Shown: piece after piece, positions 59,332-64,000 of the stretch
Numbering within the stretch: position 1 is the stretch's first letter
Layout: each line of letters starts with the position of its first letter
Source: Patescibacteria group bacterium
Lineage (GTDB): Bacteria > Patescibacteriota > Patescibacteriia > Patescibacteriales > JAQTRU01
Length of the DNA: 64,000 nucleotides
Assembly: GCA_028711655.1 (NCBI GenBank)
Contig: JAQTRU010000001.1
Coordinates: forward strand, 6,648 to 70,647
Reading direction: 5' to 3'
Notes under the pieces: generated by a model
The model's database searches: none
The model's input: the letters and a program-made list of their open reading frames with translations, nothing else
Told to the model about the DNA's origin: nothing
Made by a program: the position numbers and the translations under genes

Positions 59332-59391
59332 TGCGACAATTGACAATTAACTATTAACAATTAATAGTTAATTGTCAAGTGTCAATTGTCG
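59332..59391. promoter_or_regulatory. Operator-like perfect palindrome touching the start codon of 59033..59329
   Basis: GACAATTAACTATTAAcaaTTAATAGTTAATTGTC flanked by gacaattgacaatt / gtcaagtgtcaattgtc. Confidence 0.55.
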
Positions 59392-59519
59392 TTATGAGCG
59401 GGTAATCCCGCAAAGTTCGCTATCGCTCACTACGGGACGGGCGGGAATTGAAAAGAATTCTTCAAAAAATTCTGAAATCTAAAATCTGAAATCTAAAATC
59501 TGAAATTAACAGGGAGCGG

Positions 59520-59592
59520 GTAGGGGGAATCGAACCCCCATCTTCAGCTTGGAAGGCTAACATAATAAACCATTATACGATACCCGCAGAAA
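59520..59592 (-). tRNA. tRNA-Gly (anticodon TCC)
   Basis: rc: GCGGGTA...TTAGC-CTTCCAA-GCTGA...GGGGG-TTCGATT-CCCCC-TACCCGC-T. Confidence 0.75.
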
Positions 59593-59633
59593 TCAATTTT
59601 CAATTTTAAATTTTCAATTTTAAATTACCTAAA

Positions 59634-60458
59634 CTATCCAATCTTTTTATCTTTTTTAATCTTATAGACTAAAAGAACAAAAGTCAATAAGATGATAATC
59701 AAGCTGGCAATCTGGGGAAATCTTAAATTCCAGATAACCGGGGTTTCGTCTATCCTGATAAATTCTAAACTGAAACGCAAAACAGAATACGTTATTAGAT
59801 AAAAAATAAAAAATAAAAAATAAAAAAAAATTTTAAACTGCCCTTTTTTTATAACCCAAACATGGAAAGAAATTAAAATTAGAAAAATTAAAAAATTGCC
59901 GATTGATTCATACAAAAATGTCGGGTGAAAAAAATCCGAGGAAATATATTCAAGCGGCCGCCCCATAATATCAATCGGAATGCCCCAGTCTAAATTAGTC
60001 GGCTTGCCAAAAAGCTCCCTATTAAAATAATTACCCCACCGGCCAATGGCCTGCGCCAAAGCCAGCCCCGGCGCTATCACGGCGGCCAAAAGCCAAAAAT
60101 TTAAATTGCGCTTTCGGGCGAAAAACCAGATTACAAATAAACCGGCAATAATCGCCCCGTGGATTGCCAGCCCACCCTGCCAGACCTTAAAAATATCCAA
60201 AGGATATTGCCAGTAATAAGGCAACTCCAAAAAAATATGATAAATTCGGGCGCCGATTATCCCCCCGAGAATCAGCCAAAAAGCCAAATCAACAATAGTT
60301 TCTTTTTTTAGGCCGTAATAGGAAGAAATCTTTAAGGCCGTAGCTATAGCGGCCAAAGACCCCAAAACAATAAAAAAACCATACCAATAAATATGGATAG
60401 GGCCGAAAGAAACTAAAATCGGATCAGGATTGAAGGTATGAAAAAAATTCATGTTCAA
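59634..60458 (-). CDS. lgt: Prolipoprotein diacylglyceryl transferase
   Basis: GGIIGARIYHIF ... RWGNYFNRELFGKPT. Confidence 0.85.
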   Translation of the reverse strand: MNMNFFHTFNPDPILVSFGPIHIYWYGFFIVLGSLAAIATALKISSYYGLKKETIVDLAFWLILGGIIGARIYHIFLELPYYWQYPLDIFKVWQGGLAIHGAIIAGLFVIWFFARKRNLNFWLLAAVIAPGLALAQAIGRWGNYFNRELFGKPTNLDWGIPIDIMGRPLEYISSDFFHPTFLYESIGNFLIFLILISFHVWVIKKGQFKIFFYFLFFIFYLITYSVLRFSLEFIRIDETPVIWNLRFPQIASLIIILLTFVLLVYKIKKDKKIG

Positions 60459-60529
60459 GACGTCAATTTATTTTTAAACCTTTAGATGAACCATTGATCC
60501 GAATTCTACTGTGCTTATCTTCACGAACT

Positions 60530-60625
60530 TTGAATTAATCCGAATGCCACGAATTAGTATTCGGAGCATTCGGATTATGGCAGGAAGATTTAAGTCCATA
60601 GGCAGAATTCGGATTAAAGGATTAT
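60530..60625. repeat. attcgga/gaatgc word palindromic array (same family as 11215-11290)
   Basis: tccgaatgccacgaattagtattcggagcattcggattatgg ... ggcagaattcggattaaagg. Confidence 0.7.
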
Positions 60626-60726
60626 CTAGGGGTTTAGAGCCGAAAAAATTTCTTCTACTTAGTATTATATAATAAAAAACCCAAATGAAAAAGCCGGAGA
60701 GTATTTTTTCCCCGGCTTTTTTGTGT

Positions 60727-60963
60727 TTATTGAAAAAATTTTTCTTCTTTGCTCCGATCGAAATCAGTAAATGCCGCCCAGTAAAAAACCAGGGCGCCCA
60801 CACACATCAGAGCTAAATACTGGACGTTAGCCCATTGCTGCTGCGGGTAAGGAAAGACCGGGGCATTAACCACTTTCAAAAAACAAAAAATAGTTATCGC
60901 AAGACCGAAAATGGAAACAGATATTCTTGCGACCATTCTCTTTGTGAGTGTTTTCTCCGCCAT
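60727..60963 (-). CDS. Small 2-TM membrane protein (start at MAEKTLTKR)
   Basis: Hydrophobic helices; downstream terminator aaaaagccggagagtattttttccccggcttttttg. Confidence 0.4.
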   Translation of the reverse strand: MAEKTLTKRMVARISVSIFGLAITIFCFLKVVNAPVFPYPQQQWANVQYLALMCVGALVFYWAAFTDFDRSKEEKFFQ

Positions 60964-61108
60964 TGCATCCTCCTTTGGCTTTTGGAAAAAACTACTCACC
61001 CCCATGAGATATTTATATCATATCATATTTATCAAAATATGTCAATATAAGAAAAAAAGCCCGAATATTAAATAAAATTCAGGCTTTTTAATTTTTTCTT
61101 TTGACTTG

Positions 61109-61198
61109 TTAGCCACGGCTGCAAATTAACAAAAAAGCTACAACGGTCGCCAAAATAAGCGCCGCTTCCGGCCAATGTCTCTTAAAAAATTCTTTCAT
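61109..61198 (-). CDS. Candidate 29-aa single-TM peptide, not in the ORF track
   Basis: SD GAGGAG 6 nt upstream; MKEFFKRHWPEAALILATVVAFLLICSRG. Confidence 0.3.
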   Translation of the reverse strand: MKEFFKRHWPEAALILATVVAFLLICSRG

Positions 61199-61283
61199 CG
61201 CGCACTCCTCTTTTTTAAGGTTACATTGCCAAGATACCATTCTTAATTCTTAAATCTTAATTCCCCTACGGTGGGGATAGAGA

Positions 61284-61305
61284 CCTGCCTGCCGCGGCAG
61301 GCAGG
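61284..61305. repeat. REP-like palindrome R1 copy (extended variant)
   Basis: CCTGCCTGCCGCGGCAGGCAGG. Confidence 0.8.
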
Positions 61306-61326
61306 GACTCGTCCCGCACGGGTTGC

Positions 61327-61354
61327 CCCACATGCTCCTAAGGCATGCGTGCCC
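61327..61354. other. Duplicated fragment of tRNA-Leu (D-stem 3' side + anticodon arm) ~100 nt from the gene
   Basis: cacatgctcctaaggcatgcgtg is identical to 61432-61454 inside the tRNA gene. Confidence 0.6.
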
Positions 61355-61393
61355 CGCCTCATTTTAAAAAAATTTAACTATGAATACCACTGC

Positions 61394-61478
61394 TGGTGGG
61401 CAAGAAAGGACTCGAACCTTCACGCCTTTCGGCACATGCTCCTAAGGCATGCGTGTATACCAATTTCACCACTTGCCC
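61394..61478 (-). tRNA. tRNA-Leu (anticodon TAG), long variable arm, CCA encoded
   Basis: rc: GGGCAAG-TG-GTG-AAATTGGTATA-CAC-G-CATGC-CTTAGGA-GCATG-TGCCGAAAGGCGT-GAAGG-TTCGAGT-CCTTT-CTTGCCC-A-CCA. Confidence 0.8.
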
Positions 61479-61724
61479 ATATTTTATACTAAAAATGAGG
61501 CGGGGTAAATATACCAAACTGTCCCGTCCCTTTTAAAGGCGCGGGGTTTCACTATATCCCCCTTGCTCCTTTATTCTTAAACCAATTTGTATTTTATGTC
61601 AATGTTTTTATTATAGCAAAAATTGTGTTATGATAATAATATCCATAAATAATTAATTATCGCGTTCTTCCGCGTGAGTCCGCGTTAGTCAGTATAAGTC
61701 CGCGTGAGTCCGCAACAAAAAAAT

Positions 61725-62054
61725 ATGGCTAAACAAGAAAGTAAAAAAAATTCTGCCAATCCTGACGTAAAAACCAACAAAAACATTGCCGCCCTGTCTT
61801 ATGTCTGGATTCTCTGTTTAGTGCCGCTTTTAGGGAAAAAGGATTCTGAATTCGCCCAATTTCACGCCAAGCAAGGTTTGGTTTTGTTTGTCATAGAATT
61901 GGTGGCCGGATTATTTATCTGGTTCCCATTTTTCGGGCAACTTCTGATGCTGGCCCTGATTGTTGTTTCGGTGATGGGAATTGTCAAAACTTATAACGGA
62001 GAATGGTGGGAAATTCCCTTTATTTACGAATGGAGCAAAAAAATTAATTTATAA
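61725..62054 (+). CDS. DUF4870-like small membrane protein (start at MAKQESKK)
   Basis: IAALSYVWILCLVPLLGKKDSEFAQFHAKQGLVL; the GTG-initiated N-terminus of the ORF translates the agtccgc repeat. Confidence 0.5.
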   Translation: MAKQESKKNSANPDVKTNKNIAALSYVWILCLVPLLGKKDSEFAQFHAKQGLVLFVIELVAGLFIWFPFFGQLLMLALIVVSVMGIVKTYNGEWWEIPFIYEWSKKINL

Positions 62055-62160
62055 AAGTTACGAATTACAAATCTTATACAAATATTACAAATAATTAAAA
62101 AACGATTATTTTGGTATTTGTAAAATTTGTAATGAATTTGTAATTTGTAACTAAGACAAC
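62055..62160. repeat. acaaata / atttgtaa palindromic array ending 13 nt before the ppsA ATG
   Basis: gttacgaattacaaatcttatacaaatattacaaataatt ... ggtatttgtaaaatttgtaatgaatttgtaatttgtaac. Confidence 0.75.
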
Positions 62161-64000
62161 ATGCCCAAATCTAATAAATTCATAAAATTTTTCAACCAAT
62201 TAACAATAAAAGATGTGCCGTCGGTCGGGGGTAAAAACGCCTCTCTGGGAGAAATGTACCGAAAACTTTCGGGAAGGGGCGTTAATGTTCCCAACGGCTT
62301 TGCCACGACCGCTTCCGCTTATAATTATTTTTTGGAAAAAACCGGAGAAAAAAAAGAAATAAAAAAAATTCTTAAAGGCCTTAATACCCATAATGTAATG
62401 GACCTGATGCGCCGCGGAGCCGCTGTACGCAAATTAATAACCAATACGCCTCTCCCGGAAGATTTTGAGAAAGAAATCATTGGCGCTTACAAAAAACTTT
62501 CGGCTGAATACGGGGTTAAAAACCTATCCGTAGCCGTCCGCTCTTCGGCCACAGCCGAAGATTTGCCGGACGCTTCTTTCGCCGGACAGCAGGACACTTA
62601 TTTAAATATCAGCGGAGAAAAAGAATTGCTTCTGGCCGTAAGAAAATGCATTGCTTCCTTGTTTACTAACCGGGCGATTTCCTATCGCGTTGACAAAAAA
62701 TTTGTCCATTTCAAAATCGCCCTTTCCGTCGGCGTGCAAAAAATGATCCGAGCCGATTTGGCCGCTTCCGGCGTAATATTTACGATTGACACCGAATCCG
62801 GATTTCCCAACGCTGTCCTGATTAACTCCATTTACGGGCTGGGAGAAAATATTGTTCAGGGCAAAGTTAACCCGGACGAATTTTATTTCTTCAAGCCTAC
62901 CGGCGCCATAATTTCCCGTTCTATCGGATGCAAAAAGTTAAAAATGGTTTACAACAATGACCCGAAACAACCGACTAAAAATGTAAGGCTTAAGCCAAAA
63001 GAGCAGGTTAAACAATCAATTACCGACGAACAGATAAAAAAATTGGGCCAGTGGGCCATGATTATTGAAAAGCATTATGGTCGGCCCATGGACATTGAAT
63101 GGGCCTTGGACGGACAGGACAAAAAACTATACATAATTCAGGCCCGGCCGGAAACCGTGCAAAGCCTTAGAAATTACAACATATTGGAGGAATATAAATT
63201 AGAAAAAAGAGGGAAAATTATAACTCGCGGCCAAAGCGTCGGCAACAAAATCGGCATGGGAGTGGCTAACCGAATTATGGAAGTGGGCGGCATTAAAAAC
63301 TTTAAACCCGGGCAAGTCTTGGTGACAGACATGACCGATCCAGACTGGGAACCGATTATGAAAATCGCTTCGGCGATTGTTACTGACAAGGGGGGCCGCA
63401 CCTGCCACGCCGCCATTGTCTCCCGCGAGCTTGGCATTCCTTGTATTGTCGGCACCAATAATGTCTCTTATCGGGTTAAAACCGGAAAAAAGGTGACTAT
63501 AAGCTGCGCCGAAGGAGAAGAGGGCTACGTTTATGAAGGCATCCTGCCTTTTAAGGTCAAAAAAACCAATGTTAAAAAATTAAAAAGGCCGAAAACCAAA
63601 ATTATGATGAATATCGGCGAACCGGACATGGCTTTTTCCACCTCCTTTATTCCCAATGACGGCGTGGGGCTGGCCAGATTAGAATTCATAATAAACAATT
63701 ACATCAAAATTCACCCCCTGGCTTTAATTAATTACGATAAGATAAAAGACAAAAATGTTAAAAAGAAAATAGATAATTTGACTGTGGGTTACGAAAACAA
63801 AAAGCAGTTCTTTGTTGATAAGTTAGCCGAAGGAGTGGCCATGATTGCCGCGGCTTTTTATCCCAAAGACGTGATTATCCGGCTTTCCGATTTTAAAACC
63901 AATGAGTATGCTAACCTGGTTGGCGGGGCCAAATATGAGCCGATTGAATCCAATCCGATGATCGGCTGGCGCGGCGCTTCCCGCTATTACTCGCCTAAAT
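62161..64000 (+). CDS. ppsA: Phosphoenolpyruvate synthase / pyruvate,water dikinase (5' portion; runs off the window)
   Basis: MPKSNKFIKFFNQL..VPSVGGKNASLGEM (ATP-grasp), phosphohistidine domain GGRTCHAAIVSRELGIPCIVG. Confidence 0.85.
   Translation, partial: MPKSNKFIKFFNQLTIKDVPSVGGKNASLGEMYRKLSGRGVNVPNGFATTASAYNYFLEKTGEKKEIKKILKGLNTHNVMDLMRRGAAVRKLITNTPLPEDFEKEIIGAYKKLSAEYGVKNLSVAVRSSATAEDLPDASFAGQQDTYLNISGEKELLLAVRKCIASLFTNRAISYRVDKKFVHFKIALSVGVQKMIRADLAASGVIFTIDTESGFPNAVLINSIYGLGENIVQGKVNPDEFYFFKPTGAIISRSIGCKKLKMVYNNDPKQPTKNVRLKPKEQVKQSITDEQIKKLGQWAMIIEKHYGRPMDIEWALDGQDKKLYIIQARPETVQSLRNYNILEEYKLEKRGKIITRGQSVGNKIGMGVANRIMEVGGIKNFKPGQVLVTDMTDPDWEPIMKIASAIVTDKGGRTCHAAIVSRELGIPCIVGTNNVSYRVKTGKKVTISCAEGEEGYVYEGILPFKVKKTNVKKLKRPKTKIMMNIGEPDMAFSTSFIPNDGVGLARLEFIINNYIKIHPLALINYDKIKDKNVKKKIDNLTVGYENKKQFFVDKLAEGVAMIAAAFYPKDVIIRLSDFKTNEYANLVGGAKYEPIESNPMIGWRGASRYYSPK

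Noticed and set aside
60474-60803. 109-aa minus-strand ORF
   Set aside because: Overlaps the attcgga repeat array and the better-supported small membrane protein 60727..60963; no features of a real protein.

Overview
The window is AT-rich and gene-dense, almost entirely housekeeping genes, and looks like a small-genome bacterium with Candidate Phyla Radiation (CPR)/Patescibacteria-like traits. Supporting traits: a 16S rRNA gene not followed by 23S, a single-chain UvrD-Cas4 helicase-nuclease, a TrbC/VirB2 pilin-like N-terminus fused to a large Cys-rich surface protein, a bacterial Elp3 homolog, and many small Cys-rich or membrane proteins. Recognisable genes include rel/spoT (frameshifted), rpsU, hisS, lepB, queA, ruvB, ackA, an M16 peptidase, rmuC, gyrA, trpS, clpP, rny-ymdB, hup, a phosphohexomutase, a TrmB-like regulator (frameshifted), glyA-folD, gdh, recQ, purM, purD, lgt and a 5' fragment of ppsA. 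RNA genes are the 16S rRNA, tRNA-Arg(TCG), tRNA-Met(CAT), tRNA-Lys(CTT), tRNA-Gly(TCC) and tRNA-Leu(TAG). The most unusual layer is the repeat architecture. (1) Almost every intergenic region carries its own short word (7-10 bp) repeated in tandem and arranged as an imperfect palindrome, usually ending at a start codon. Several words recur at distant loci. (2) There are REP-like GC palindromes, with CCTGCCTGCCGGCAGGCAGG at six or more sites. (3) Such repeat or palindromic DNA also sits inside open reading frames (queA, the helicase, the O-antigen-ligase-like gene, an NTase-like gene), and one unit is translated in two different frames. (4) The 16S V1 helix is expanded by the same kind of word repeats. 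(5) tRNA-gene fragments lie next to tRNA-Arg and tRNA-Leu. Other points of interest: a cluster of paralogous secreted Cys-rich proteins, one with a DUF1566/C-type-lectin-like C-terminus that is N/T/Y/S-rich (DGR-target-like, but no template repeat or reverse transcriptase is in the window); three GC-rich non-coding islands that are candidate structured RNAs; a lysine-rich N-terminal extension on GyrA; and several genes of visibly higher GC (possible acquisitions). All annotation is by eye from the sequence and ORF translations. No database searches were run, and short-feature coordinates may be off by a few bases.
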